Assembly: GCA_014905635.1 (NCBI GenBank)
Contig: CM026547.1
Location: 248,001 to 312,000, forward strand
DNA length: 64,000 bases
Source: Scenedesmus sp. PABB004
Taxonomy: Eukaryota
Reading direction: 5' to 3'
Shown here piece by piece: positions 40,901 through 52,965 of this stretch. The stretch's first letter is position 1. Every line of letters begins with the position of its first letter. The position numbers and the translations under genes were made by a program. The notes beneath the pieces were generated by a model that worked only from the letters and a program-made list of their open reading frames with translations, was not told where the DNA came from and ran no database searches.

Positions 40901-42622
40901 GCGCTCGCGGCCACGCCGCTGGGCAGGGCGGGCGCGCGCGGGCGGGGGCCCGGCAGCGGCGCGGGGTCGGACGTGATGACGCCCGGCAGCCTCGCGAGCG
41001 TGCTGCGCCGGCAGGTGCGCTTCGCGCCCGACACGCCCAACGCGAAGGCCGGCGCCGGCGGCGTGAGCGCGCGCAGCACGCCCGACGACGGCGCGCCGGC
41101 GGTGGCGGGGTACATCAAGACGCCGAGCAAGCGCGGCGGCGGCGCGCAGCCGCGCAAGCAGCTGTTTGGCGCGGCCGCCGCGGCCGCGGCCGCCGCGGCG
41201 GGCGGCGCCGCCAAGCCGCGCAAGGGCAAGAAGCAGGCGACCGAGGTGGGCGAGGCCGCGGGCAGCACCGCGGCGGGCCTCGCTGCCGTGGCCGCCGCCG
41301 CGGCGGGCGGCCTCGGCGCCTCGCCCGTGGCCGGCGCGGTCGCCACCAACAAGCGCTCGCAGCGCCTCATGCACCTGCTGCGCGCCTCATCCGGCAGCGA
41401 CGGCGGCCCGGCCGCCAAGGCGGCGCCCGGCGCGGGCTCGCCCGCGGCGGCCGCCGGCGGCGGCGCGAGCACGCCGCCCGCGGCGGGGCGGCGCGGCGGC
41501 CGCGGCCTGCTGGCCACGCCGCCGGCGCTTGACACGCCCTCGCCGGCGGCGGGCGCCGCGAGCTCGCCGGAGGGCCAGCTGCTGTCGCCGCGCGGCAAGG
41601 GCAGCAAGCGCGGCGTGCCCGGCGCGGCGCCGGGCGCGAGCGCAGGCCCGCTGACGAGCCCGCCGCGTGGCGGCGCGCGCGGCGGCAGCCGCCTGTCGCG
41701 GCAGTCCGAGCCGCAGGCGGCGCACGCGCCGCAGCCGGCGGCCGAGGAGGAGCCGGCGGCGGCGGCGGCGCCACAGCCACAGCCGCAGCCGCTGCTGAGC
41801 TGCGGCGGCGCGCTGGCCGCGCTGCTGCGCGGCGCCGTGCCCAGGCTGCTGCTCGCCTGGTGCTGCCCCGGCGACGGCGCGGCCGGCGGCGGCGCCACCA
41901 CCGCCGACGCGGCGCTCGCGGCCGCGGGCGCCGCCGCGTTTGTGTGCGACGACGTGGCGCGCGTGACGGGCCCCCTGTCGGCCGCGCCGCGCTGCGCGGT
42001 GCACGCGGCGCTCGTCGACCCCGCGGCGCGCCTGCCCGGCCACCCTGCCGAGCTCGGCCCGGGCTGGGACGAGACGTGCGCGGCGTACCTGCTGCTGCAG
42101 CAGCAGCGCGAGGACAGCATCGGCGTGGCGGAGTGGTTCACCCGCTTCTGCTCCACGCAGGGCGTGCCCGGCTTTGGCGGCGGGGCCGGGGCTGAGGACG
42201 AGGACGAGGCCGCCGACGCGCCGGGCGGCGGCCGCGGCAAGGCCGGCCGCGGCGGCCGCAAGGCCAAGGGCTACGCCGAGGCGCGGGCCGGCGGCGGCGG
42301 CGCCACGGCGGCGGCGACGCCGCGCAGCGCGCGCAAGGGCGGCCGCGACCAGGGCGCGGCGACGCCGCCGGCGCCGGCGGCGCGCGCGGCCGCTGACGGC
42401 GGGGCCGCCGTGGACGAGGGCGAGCTGCTCGCGGCGGCGGCGCGCTTCTGCGCCGCCGCGTCGGCGCTGGTGCACCTCGGCGCCGTCAAGCCGGCGCGGC
42501 GGCGGCGCGCGGTCGCGGTGGCGCGGCTCTTCGCGCCCGAGGGCCCCATGATGGCCGCGCGCCTGGGCGCCGCCGGCGGCGGCGAGGACGTGGAGTCGCT
42601 GCCGGACCACGCGTACGAGTGA
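37963..42622 (+). CDS. ORC3: Origin recognition complex subunit 3 with large low-complexity insertions
   Basis: PVLVLQEADSGDMEALQELVAALS, LPLVLVLGVASS, HFRDVDCS...QHFQHEPLSAL, and a C-terminal winged-helix-like region (TCAAYLL...IGVAEWFTRF...ARFCAAASALVHLGAVKP). Confidence 0.8.
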
Positions 42623-43032
42623 TGCGCGGCGGCGGGCATCGCGGGCGGGAAGTGCGACGGCCGCCGCCCTAACAGAGCAGCGCCGACGCGTGACCGACCG
42701 CCCCGCGCCCCTTCGGCCCGCGCGCCGATCAGCCCCAGTAGTCTCCCAGGCCCTGAGCTCGCGCGGAAGCAGCGCAGCGCCGCGACAGGCGCCGGCGAGC
42801 GCCTCAATCTCGTCGACGCGCCCGCGGCCAGCCCCGCCACCGCCCAGCCCTGCCGACGGCGGTGTCACATTGACCATCATATATCAGTGCTCCTGCCGCG
42901 TGTGCAGCCGCGCGCAGCGCCTCCCCGAAGCGAGGCAGAAGGCCGGATTCCGGCGCTGTTCGTGCGCCGCCAGGGCAGCCTGCCGGGCCCACCGCGGGCG
43001 CTTGGACGATGCGCCGGGCTCATCTCTTCGCG

Positions 43033-44756
43033 ATGGGAGCGCCAGTGCTCGTTGCACTGGCGCTCCTGCTGGTCGCGCCCGCCCCCGCGGCAGGCGAGCT
43101 GGCCTTCCCGGCCGTGCCAGGCCGCTGGGGCAGCAAGCTGCTGGACCAGTACCTCTCGCACAAGGAGGTGCGCTGCGGTTTGCCGGGCGCGCGATCGCGC
43201 GCCGGCCGGCCGGCCGCCGCCCGCCGCCGCCCGCCGCCGCGGCAGCCCGCCGCCGCCCGCCGCCGCCACCCACGCCGCGCCACCCGCGCGCGCGCCCGCA
43301 GCTGGGGGCCTGGATGAACGAGTTCACGGGCCGCTGCGGCGCGATCTCGCGCGCGTTTTCAATCGGCACGAGCGTAGACGGCGCGCGGCTGTGGGCGCTC
43401 GAGATCAGCGACCGCCCCGGCGCGTCCGAGCCCAAGCCGGCGTTCCGCTACATCGCCAACATGCACGGCGACGAGACGAGCGGCCGCGTGCTGCTGCCCG
43501 CGCTCGCCGAGTGGCTGTGCGCCAACTGGCAGACCGACGCGCGCGCGGCGCGGCTCGTGGGCGGCGCGCACCTCTACATCGTGCCGACCATGAACCCCGA
43601 CGGCTACGCCCTGCGGCAGCGCGAGAACGCGCGGTACGTGGACCTCAACCGCGACTTCCCCGACCCCGAGATGCGCTGCGTGCCGAGCGCGGACGAGTGC
43701 GACCCCGCGGTGCTGCAGGCGATCCCCGCCGACACCGCGCCCGAGGCCGCCGCGGTCATGCGCTGGTCGCTCGGCGGCGACGTCGTGCGGCGGCGCAAGC
43801 GCGCCGGCGCCGCCGGCGGCGCCGCCGCCGCGGCGGCGCGCGGCGGCCCGCACCGCGTGCACTTCACCGCGGCGGCCAACCTGCACGAGGGCGCGGTCGT
43901 GGCCAACTACGGCTGGGACGCGGCGCCGTGGCGGGGCTCCGCCGCGGCCGCGGCCGCGGCCGCGGCGGGCGCGCCGCAGCCGAGCGCCGCGGGCGCGTCG
44001 GCGCCGCGGCCCGACGCGGGCGACCGCGCGGCCGCGTCGGCCGCGTCGGCCGCCGGCGCGTCGGCGGCGCCGGCGGGCTCCAACTACCACGCGAGCCCCG
44101 ACGACGCGACGCTGCGCTTCCTCGCCGGCACCTACGCCAACGCGCACGGCTTCATGTCAAAGTCTGCCGAGTTCCCCGGCGGCATCACCAACGGCGCCGA
44201 CTGGTACGACGTCTACGGCGGCATGCAGGACTGGTGCGGCGGCGGCGGCGCGCGGGGCGGCGCGGGGCGCGCGCGGAGGGAGGGGGCGCCGGCGGCGCGC
44301 GGCGGTGCGCGGGCGGCGCTCGGGCGGTGCGCAGCGGCCGACGCGCCCCGCCGCCGCCGCCGCCGCCGCGGTCGCAGGAGCTACGTCGCGGCGTCGTGCA
44401 TGGAGATCACGCTGGAGCTGAACCAGCAGAAGTCGCCGCCGGCGTCGCAGCTGCGCAAGCTGTGGGCCGAGAACGGCGAGGCGCTGCTCTCGCTGCCGCT
44501 TGCCGCCGCGCTCGGCGGCGCGCGCGGGTTTGTGACGGACGCGGCCGGCGCGCCCGTGAGCGCGGGCGTCGCGCTCGCCGGCGCGCACTGGCAGACGTTC
44601 TCGGACGCGGCGTTTGGCTTCTTCGCCCGCCCGCTCGCGCCCGGGGACTACACGCTCGTCGCGACCGCCAACGGCTACGCGCCGGCGTACGCCAACGTGA
44701 CGGTCCCCGCCGACGGCTCGGGCGCGGAGGTGCGCCTCGTGCTGGGCCCCGCGTGA
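43033..44756 (+). CDS. Secreted M14B (carboxypeptidase D/E, SOL1-like) zinc carboxypeptidase (3 exons)
   Basis: Signal peptide, YIANMHGDE, PTMNPDG, RENARYVDLNRDFPD, ANLHEGAVVANY, GITNGADWYDVYGGMQDW, EITLEL, and a C-terminal transthyretin-like domain. Confidence 0.93.
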
Positions 44757-45141
44757 GCCGCGCGTGAGGCGCGCGGCGCCTGGGCTGCACTGACCTTGAC
44801 CTAACGCGTGGGCGCCGGAGGGTTTTCCACAATGCCGGGCGCGCGATGCCCCGGGCCCCTTATTTGGGCTGCCTTGCGCTGCCGCCGGGCACGGCGGCGC
44901 GCTCCTGCTCCCTGCACAGCTTTCCCCCTCCTCCTCTCGCACTGCTCTCCCATGATCGGCCGGTTTTTTGACGTGGGCGGACGTAACCGCGCCCTGCGCC
45001 CTCAAGCCCCGCGGCAGCCGCACCCCCGTGGCGGCGACCCCCGCACGCGCCGCCCGCCACGCCGGCACACAGGGAGGGCGCACGCCGCCGCCCCACGCGT
45101 CAGCAGCGTGCGCAGGCCCCGCACAGCAGCACACCCGCGCG

Positions 45142-48100
45142 ATGCGGGGCGCCGCCGCGGCGGCGCGCCTGCGGCGGCCCGCCGGCGGCCTGCTGGCGGA
45201 GGCCGCGGGCGCGGTGCCGCCTTCAGGCACTCGAGCGCTGGCGGGCGCCGCTGGGCCGCCCCTGGGCGACGGCCCTCCCGCGGGCGCAGCGCCCGCCAGC
45301 GCCGCGCACCCCACCGGCGCGGGGCCGTCAGGAGATGCCGCGTGCGACGCGCCACGCACGGGTGAGGAGCGCGGCGCCGCGCGGGGCGGCTGGCGCGATC
45401 GCGGCCGCGCTCGGCGATCGAGGGCAGCCAGCGCCTCCACGACGCCGCATGGCGCGACGACGCACGGCGCACCTCGCTCACGTCAATTCCCCCAACCCGC
45501 CGCAGGCGTCGCGCGGGCTGGCGCGGGCGCCGGCGGCGGCGGCGCGGCGGCGCAGCGCGGCGGCACTGGCGCTGCCTGGCCGGCGAGCGGCAGCGGCGGC
45601 GCGCTGGGCCGCGGCCGGCTCGAGCTCGGCGCGCAGCACCAGCAGCGCCTGGGCCTGCACTCGAGCGAGGCGCGCGCGGCCGAGCCGGCGGCCGCGCCGC
45701 GCGCTCGCGCGGCGCCCGACGGCGCGGCGTGGGAGGCCGTGGCGCAGCAGCTGCGGGCGCAGCGCGCGCGCCAGGCCGGCGCCGCGCCCGCGGCTGACGG
45801 CGGCGAGCAAGGCCGTGCCGCGCAGAGCGGCAGCAGCGGCGGCGGCGGCGGCGGCGACAGCGGCGGCGGCGGCGGCGCTCAGCAGGAGGCAGGCCTGCAC
45901 CGCCTGCTGGAGGAGTTTGGGGCCGGCGGCGCGCCGCCGCCGTCGGGGCAGCTGCGGCACGGCGCGCGCTCGTCGCCCAGGGCGGTCGAGCTGCCGGGCG
46001 GGTTCACGATGCGAGTGCAGCAGCAGCGCCCGCCCGCGGCCGAGGGCGCCGCTGCGGCCGCCGCTGCGGCGCAGGCGCAGGCGCAGCAGGCGCAGCAGGC
46101 GCAGGCGCAGCAGGCGCAGGCGAGCGGCTGGGGCACGTACCTGTGGCACGTCGAGCGGGCTGCCACGCTGCGCGCCAGCGCCGCGGCGGCGGCGCAGCGG
46201 GAGGCCGCTGCGGCGCGTGCGGCGGCGCCCCCTGCCACGCCGCGGAAGCAGCAGCAGCCGCGGGAGCAGCAGCCGCGGCAGCAACAGCAGCCGCGGCAGC
46301 AGCCGCGGCAGCAGCCGAGGCAGCAGCCGGGCGGCGACCTGCTGCAGCAGCTGGAGAAGCTGCAGCAGCAGGCGGCGAGCGGTGCCGTCGCAGCCGCGCA
46401 CGGCGCAGCGGCCGAGCAGTCGCTGCTGAGCAGCCTGGCAGCCGTGCTGGAGGAGCTGCAACCGCCGCAGGGCGCTGCTGTGGCAACGCAGCCGCACGAG
46501 GCGGTGGCGGACGAGGCGCCGCTGCCGCTGGCGGCGGCGCAGCACGCGGGCGAGCGGCGGCACGCGGCCAAGGCCAACGAGCGCCAGCGGCGCCAGCGTC
46601 GGCTGGAGCAGCACCGCGTGTCGCTGGCCGCGCTGCTGCAGGCGTGCGAGCAGCAGGCGGCCGCGGAGGCGGCGGGCGGCGAGGCGTCGCGCCCCGAAGC
46701 CACCCAGATCGTCCGTGACCTGTCGGCCGTGCTCGACCTGCTGGCGCCGCCCGCGAGTGCTGCTGGCACTGCAGAGCCCGGCGCTGCCGCCCAGGCGGAG
46801 GCGCAGGCAGGGGCGCAGGCGGAGGCGCAGGCCGCGCTCGCGGCGGCACTGCAGCAGGCCCCGCGCGCCAATCAGCGCCACGTGTCGCTGCAGGGCCTGA
46901 TGCGGAAGCTGGGCGGCCAGCAGCGGCAGCAGCAGCCAGAGTCGCGGGAGCTGGCCGCGGCGTCGCCGGCGGGGGTGCAGGGCATTGTCGACATGCTGCA
47001 GGTCCCCGCTGCCAGCAGCGGCGGCGGCACCCTGGAGGACGGCATTTTGACCCGGGTCACGGCCGCGGATGCCAGCCGGCCGGTCGACCTGGCGGCCCTG
47101 GCGGAGCAGCAGCAGGCAGCAGAGCAGGCGGTGGAGCAGGCGGCGGCGCAGCAGGCAGCAGCGCCGGCGCCGCCGCCGGGCGCTGGGCTCAGCCTGGCGG
47201 AGCTGCTGGCCAACCCTGCGGCCCTGGCGGTCAGCAGCAGCGCCCTGCGACGCGCAGCGCTGGGCAGCGACGCCGCACAGGGCGGCGCCGCGGAGGGCAG
47301 CGACGTCGCGGAGGCGGGCGCCGAGAGCGGCGCGCCGAGAGCGGCGACGTCGCAGCAGACCCACAGCACGCTGGACCTGCGCTCACTCATGCAGCAGCAC
47401 GAGCGGGATTGGGTCGCCGCGAGCGAGCGCGACACCTCGGCAGCAGCCGCTGCAGGTGGCGGCGGCGGCAGCGCCGGCCTGCAGGATCTGCTGAGCAGCG
47501 TCGCGCCAGAGGGCGGCAGCGCGGGCAGCCTCGCGGACGTGCTGAGCAGCTCGTGGCAGGCAGAGCACCGCGCGGCGGCCGACAGCAGCGCGCCGACGGC
47601 GGCCGAAGCCGCGCCGGCGGCTGTGCCGCTGCCAGCTGAGCCCTCGCGCGCAGCAGCGCGTCTGCCGGTTCAGCACCAGCAGCAGCAGCAGCAGCGGCAG
47701 CAGCGGCAGCAGCAGCCACCTCAGGACTCATGGCATGCGCCGTCCCCCGCGCTGGTGGCGCAGGCGGCGGCCGCGCAGCGCCTGGCAGCACAGACTGAGC
47801 GGCGCATCAACGCGCTGCTCGCCGACCCGGAACTCGGCGGCAGCACCGCGCCGCACAGGAAGCAGGCCGGCGCGCGGGACGAGGTGCGCGGCGCTGGCTC
47901 GCGCCAGCGGTTGGCGTGCTGCGTGCCTCGCCGCGCTGCGCGTCGCAGGACCAGCCGCGCCGCCGAGCGGCCGCCGACCCCCGCCCGCCGCCGCAGGAGA
48001 GTGACGACGAGGCAGCACCGCGGCTCGACGCCGCGGCGGCCGCCGCCAAGCGCCGCAAGGCCAAGGAGCGGGACAAGCTCGCCGCGCTCGCGGCCACGGC

Positions 48101-51100
48101 GGCGGCCAAGGCCGAGAAGCGGGCAGCGCGCAAGACGGGTGCGGGGCGCGCGGGGCCGCCGCCCCTGCGTGGCGGCTGCGCCGCGCCGCGGCGGCGCCGC
48201 CGCCGCCGCCGACGCCGCCGCCGCCGCCCGATGCTGCGCGTCCGCAGCCGCCGCGGCCGCGGGCGCCGCCACCAGCAGCCGCTGGGCAAGCAAGCTGCAG
48301 GCGCTGCAGCAGCAGGCGGCCGTGCCGGGCGCCGCGGCGGCCGCCGCAGAGCTGTCGGACGGCTCTGACGCCGACGAGGAGGCGGCCTCGGACGCCGAGG
48401 ACGGCGGCGCCTTTGCCGACGCCGCCGGCCCCAACCTGGCCGCCGCGGGGCCCGCCGGCGCGCCGTCCGCGCTCGTGGAGCTGCAGCTGCCGCCGCTCTG
48501 CTCGGTGCGCCAGCTCGCGGCGCTGCTCGGCGCGGAGCTGGGCGCGCTCGAGGACCTGCTGCGGGAGCAGCTGGGCGAGGAGGTGCAGTCGGGTGCGTGC
48601 GGCGGCGCTGTGCGCGCACCTCACGCGCCGCGCCCTGCCCCCCGCCGCGCCCGGGCTCGCTCCTCGCGCCGCGCTGAGCGCGGCCCCGCCCCGGCGCGCC
48701 GCCCCGCAGCGGAGGACCTGGTGTCGTTCGAGTCGGCCGAGCTCGCTGCGCTGGAGCACGGCCGCGTGCTGCTGCGGCCGCCCGAGGACGCGGCGGCCGC
48801 GGCCGCGGCGGCGCCGCGCCCGCCGATCGTGACGGTGATGGGCCACGTGGACCACGGCAAGACGAGCCTGCTCGACGCGCTGCGGCGCAGCAACGTCGCC
48901 GGCGGGGGTGAGCGGAGGGGCCACGCGCGCCGGCGCCCACGCCCCGCGTCGCCGTCCACCCCCCCCCCTCCCTCTCTTCTCTCTCCCTCTCTCCCTCTCT
49001 CTCTCTCCCCCCCTCTCTCCCTCTCTCGCTCTCCCTCTCACACACCCACACGACGACCACGCACCCCACACAACCAACAGAGGCGGGCGGCATCACGCAA
49101 CACATCGGCGCGTTCGAGGTCTGCCTCCCCGGCAGCGGCGCGACGCTGACCTTCCTGGACACGCCCGGGCACGCTGCGTTTGGCGCGATGCGCGCGCGCG
49201 GCGCGGCGGCGACCGACATCGTGGTCATGGCCGTCGCGGCCGACGACGGCGTGATGCCGCAGACGCGCGAGGCGCTCGCGCACGCGCGCGCGGCGCGCGT
49301 GCCGGTCGTCGTCGCGCTCACCAAGTGCGACCTGCCCCAGGTGCGCGCGGCGCGCGGCGGCGGCGGGGGAGGGGGGGCGTGGGCGGTGGCGCGGCGCGCC
49401 GCGGGGGGCGGGGCGGGGCTGGGCGGATGGCCGTCCGCGCGCGGGGCGGCGGCCAGCGGCCCGCGACCGACCGCGCGGCCGCCGCCGTCCACCGCCCTCG
49501 CAGGCGCGGCCCGACCAGGTGAAGCTGCAGCTGCTGGCGGAGGGCCTTGAGCTGGAGGAGTTTGGCGGCGACGTGCAGTGCGTGGAGACGGCCGCGCGCG
49601 CCGGACGAGGCCTCGACGCGCTCGAGGAGGCGCTGCTGCTGCAGGCGCGGCGCGCGCGCCGCCGGCCCTCGCTGCGCCGCCGCCGCCGCCCCGCGCCGCC
49701 GCCTGGCGCTGGCTCCGGGCCGGGCTCGCCGCCGCTCGCCCGCCCCGCCTCACGCCCTTGCCGCCTGCCCCGCCCTGCACCGCCCTGCCCCTGCCCCCCC
49801 CCCCCCCAGGCGGAGGTCATGGAGCTCAAAGCCCCGCGCGACGTGCCCGCCGCCGCGGTTGTGGTCGAGGCGCAGGTGCGCCCAGCCGCCCCCGCCCCCC
49901 CCCCCCGTGTCTGGCCTCCGCTGGCGCGCCGCCCTGCGCGCCATGCGCACCGGTCCTGCCCTGATCGCGCCGCGCCGCTCCACGCCCCTCCCCCACACAC
50001 CCACACACGCACACGCACGCGCGCACACACGCCCACGCGCAGCTGTCCAAGGGCCTCGGCCCCGTGGCCACCGTCATCGTGCGGCGCGGCACGCTGCGCC
50101 CGGGCGACGCAATCGTCGTCGGCACGGAGCACGGCCGCGTGCGCGCGCTGCGCGACGGCCGCGGCGCCGGGCTCGACGCCGCGGCGCCGGGGCAGGCCGC
50201 GGTCGTGTCGGGCCTGCGGGGCATCCCGGCCGCCGGGGACGAGCTGGTCGTGGTCGGCAGCGAGGCGCGCGCGGCGCGCATGGCGGCGGCGAGGTGCGCG
50301 CGACGCAGCGCGCGGGCCGCGGCGCGGGTCCCGGCGCGCGCGCGGCGCGCCCGCGGCGCGCCGTGCCTGCGCCGCTGCCGCCCAGGCTGCGGCCGCCGCG
50401 CGCCCCGCGCTGCCCGCAGGGCGTCGCGCGCCGCGGCGTTCCGGCAGAGCCAGCTCGCGCGCGTGGCGGCGGAGAGCGGGCGCCGCCAGGCGGAGCTGCG
50501 CCAAGCGGAGTATGAGCGGTGCGGCCGGCGGCGCGCCCGACGCCGGCGGGGCCGCGGGGGCTGCGCCGCGCGCGAGCGCGCCGGCCGCCGGGGCGGGCGG
50601 GGGCCCGACGCGCGCCGCGCGCGCCCCCGCGCGCGCCCCCGCGCCGCGCTCGCAGGAAGCGCAAGCTGCGCGCGCGCATCCGCGAGCTGCAGCTGGGCGG
50701 CTTCAAGCGCCACACCGACGGCAGCCTGCGCGCCGCGGTGAGCGAGAGCATCTCCCTTGGCGACGCGCAGCTCAAGCTCGCCGCCGCCGCGGCCGAGGCC
50801 GCCGCGGCGGGGCGGACGCTCGACGTGGCCGCCGCGGCGCGGCAGCTCGGCGTCGCGCCGCCGCCGAGCGGCGACGGCGACGCTGGCGCCGCCGCCGGCG
50901 CCGACGGCGCGCCCGTCGGCGCGGCGCTGCCGTCGCTGCCGCTGGTGATCAAGGCGGACGTGCAGGGCTCGGCCGAGGCGGTGCGCGACGCGCTGCTGTC
51001 CGCGGCGGCGGGGCGGGTCGACCCCAAGGTCGTGTTCTGCGGCGTCGGGCCCGTGACCGCGAGCGACGCGCACCTCGCCGCCGCGACGGGCGCGGCGCTC

Positions 51101-51598
51101 GTCGCGTTCAACCTGCGCCCGCCGGCGCCCGACGTCGACGCCGCGCTGCGCGGCGCGCGCGTGGAGCTGCTGCAGCACCGCGTCATCTACCACCTGTTGG
51201 ACGAGCTGGACCGCCGCATCGACGCCGCCGCGGCGGCGGCGGCCGCCGGCGCCGGCGGCGCGCCCGGCGCGCCCGGCGGCGGCGAGGTGCTGCTCGGCAG
51301 CGCGGCGGTGCTGGCGGTCTTCCCGCTGCTGGTCAACCGGCGCGAGGCGGGGCGCGTCGCGGGGTGCCGCGTGTCGGAGGGCGCGCTGCAGGCGGGGCCG
51401 GGGCTGGTGTACCGCGTGCTGCGCGACGGCGCGGTGGTGCACGAGGGCACGTGCACGAGCCTGCGCCAACACAAGGCCGACGTGGGCTTGGTCGGCAAGG
51501 CCGGCGAGTGCGGCGTCGTGCTCGACGGCGACGCGTTTGAGGGCGTGCAGCCGGGCGACGTGCTGCAGTGCGTGCGCGTGCCGGGGCGCGCCGCGTGA
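45142..51598 (+). CDS. infB: Organellar (probably mitochondrial) translation initiation factor IF-2 with a very long N-terminal extension
   Basis: [55 protein letters not shown] and [11 protein letters not shown]. The 5' start is less certain. Confidence 0.9.
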
Positions 51599-51666
51599 GC
51601 GAGCGCGGCGGCGCTGGGTAACGCGGCTCGAGGCGACCGCTGCCTGCAGCGCTCGGGGCTGCAGTC

Positions 51667-52965
51667 GTCAGCGCGGGCGCGGCGGCGTGCCCGCGGCTCG
51701 CGGGCGGTGGCCGGGCGCGCGCGCGCGCGCCGTCGGCAGCGGCGCCGCGCTGTGACTGGCTGCTGGCGGGGCGGGGCGGCGGCCCGCCGCGGCACCCGAG
51801 TGCCGGCAGCCTGCAGGCTGCCGGCTGCAGGCCCCGCTGAGCGGCGCGCCACGGCTGCGAGCCCGAGCGCATGAGCTGCGGCGGCTCAGGGAGCCGCGCC
51901 GCAGCACGCCGTGCACCGTGCGAGCCGATCCACGCTGCCGCGCCTCGGAACCCGCGCTGGCCCCATGGGCAGGCACCCTGCGCGCGGCGCGCGCCGCGCG
52001 GTGGCGGCACGGCGGCCCAAGCACCATGCTGCGCTGGTGGCCCCGCGCGGCGCACGCGACCGCACGCGCGCCGCCGGCGCCCCAGGGCGCCCGCGCCGGC
52101 ACCGCCTGCGCGCTCGAGACCCAGGTGCGGGCTGACTGTGGTTGAGCCTGGTATGCTCCCTCAACACCCGCCGGTGCCGTCCCGGTGCGCGAGGGCGTGC
52201 CCGGATCCGGGCACGCCCTCCGGAGGCGGGGATGGGTTTTTGTTTTGGTGTGGTTTTTGGGTGTTTTCAGGGGCCCCACCGGGCGGATTGCGACGTCAAG
52301 GGGTCCCCCGGGGTCGGGGTACAATTTCCCGTCGATTCCACTAAGAATTTTGGCCATCTGGCGAAAATCGAGTATTTGAGGTGTGCTGTAACTATATGCT
52401 AGGTTGACGTCTGTGATCAGTAAATCGCCAATACCGCCCCCGCTCTGTGGGTGCTGACGCTCTCTCCCTGGTTGGGAGGCAGTCGCCGTAGTATAGTGGT
52501 CAGTATCCCTGCCTGTCACGCAGGAGGCCCGGGTTCAATTCCCGGCGGTGGCGAAAATGACGCTTTTTGTCATGAAAACGGCCGATTTTGGCCTTCATTC
52601 TTTGCTCCCGCTTCGCCCCCCACCCCAGTGAACGCGCCCGAGCGGCCGGGCGGGCAATTCGGGGGTCGCCGCCGCCGCGCGCGGCGCGGCGCGCCCGCCG
52701 CCGCGGCCGCCGGCGCGCGTGCGCCGCCCCAGCGCGGCGCCCGACCCCCTGGCCCCGCTCTCCACGAGCCCCGCCCGGCAGCAGCGCCACGGCCTGCGCG
52801 GTGGCTGCGCGGTGGCTGCGGCGCCGGCCGGCGGCAGCGGCGCTGGCTGCCGGGCTCGCGCTGCTCCGCCGTGCCCGCGAGAGCTCGACGCGTCTGACGC
52901 GCGAGCTCCTGGGCCAGGCGCGGCGGCCCTTCGCCGCGCAGGCGCGCGGGGAGGGCGGTCGGGCA
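51667..52965 (+). repeat. Left arm of a long inverted duplication
   Basis: Near-identical reverse complement of 54132-55507. Confidence 0.95.
52482..52553 (+). tRNA. trnD-GTC: tRNA-Asp (GTC), intronless
   Basis: GTCGCCGTAGTATAGTGGTCAGTATCCCTGCCTGTCACGCAGGAGGCCCGGGTTCAATTCCCGGCGGTGGCG folds into a full cloverleaf, with a T5 Pol III terminator about 10 nt downstream. Confidence 0.96.

Noticed and set aside
52482..52553. tRNA-Asp as the head of a tRNA-derived SINE
   Set aside because: The cloverleaf is intact with an immediate T5 terminator, the shared sequence extends about 800 bp upstream, and there is no tail or TSD.
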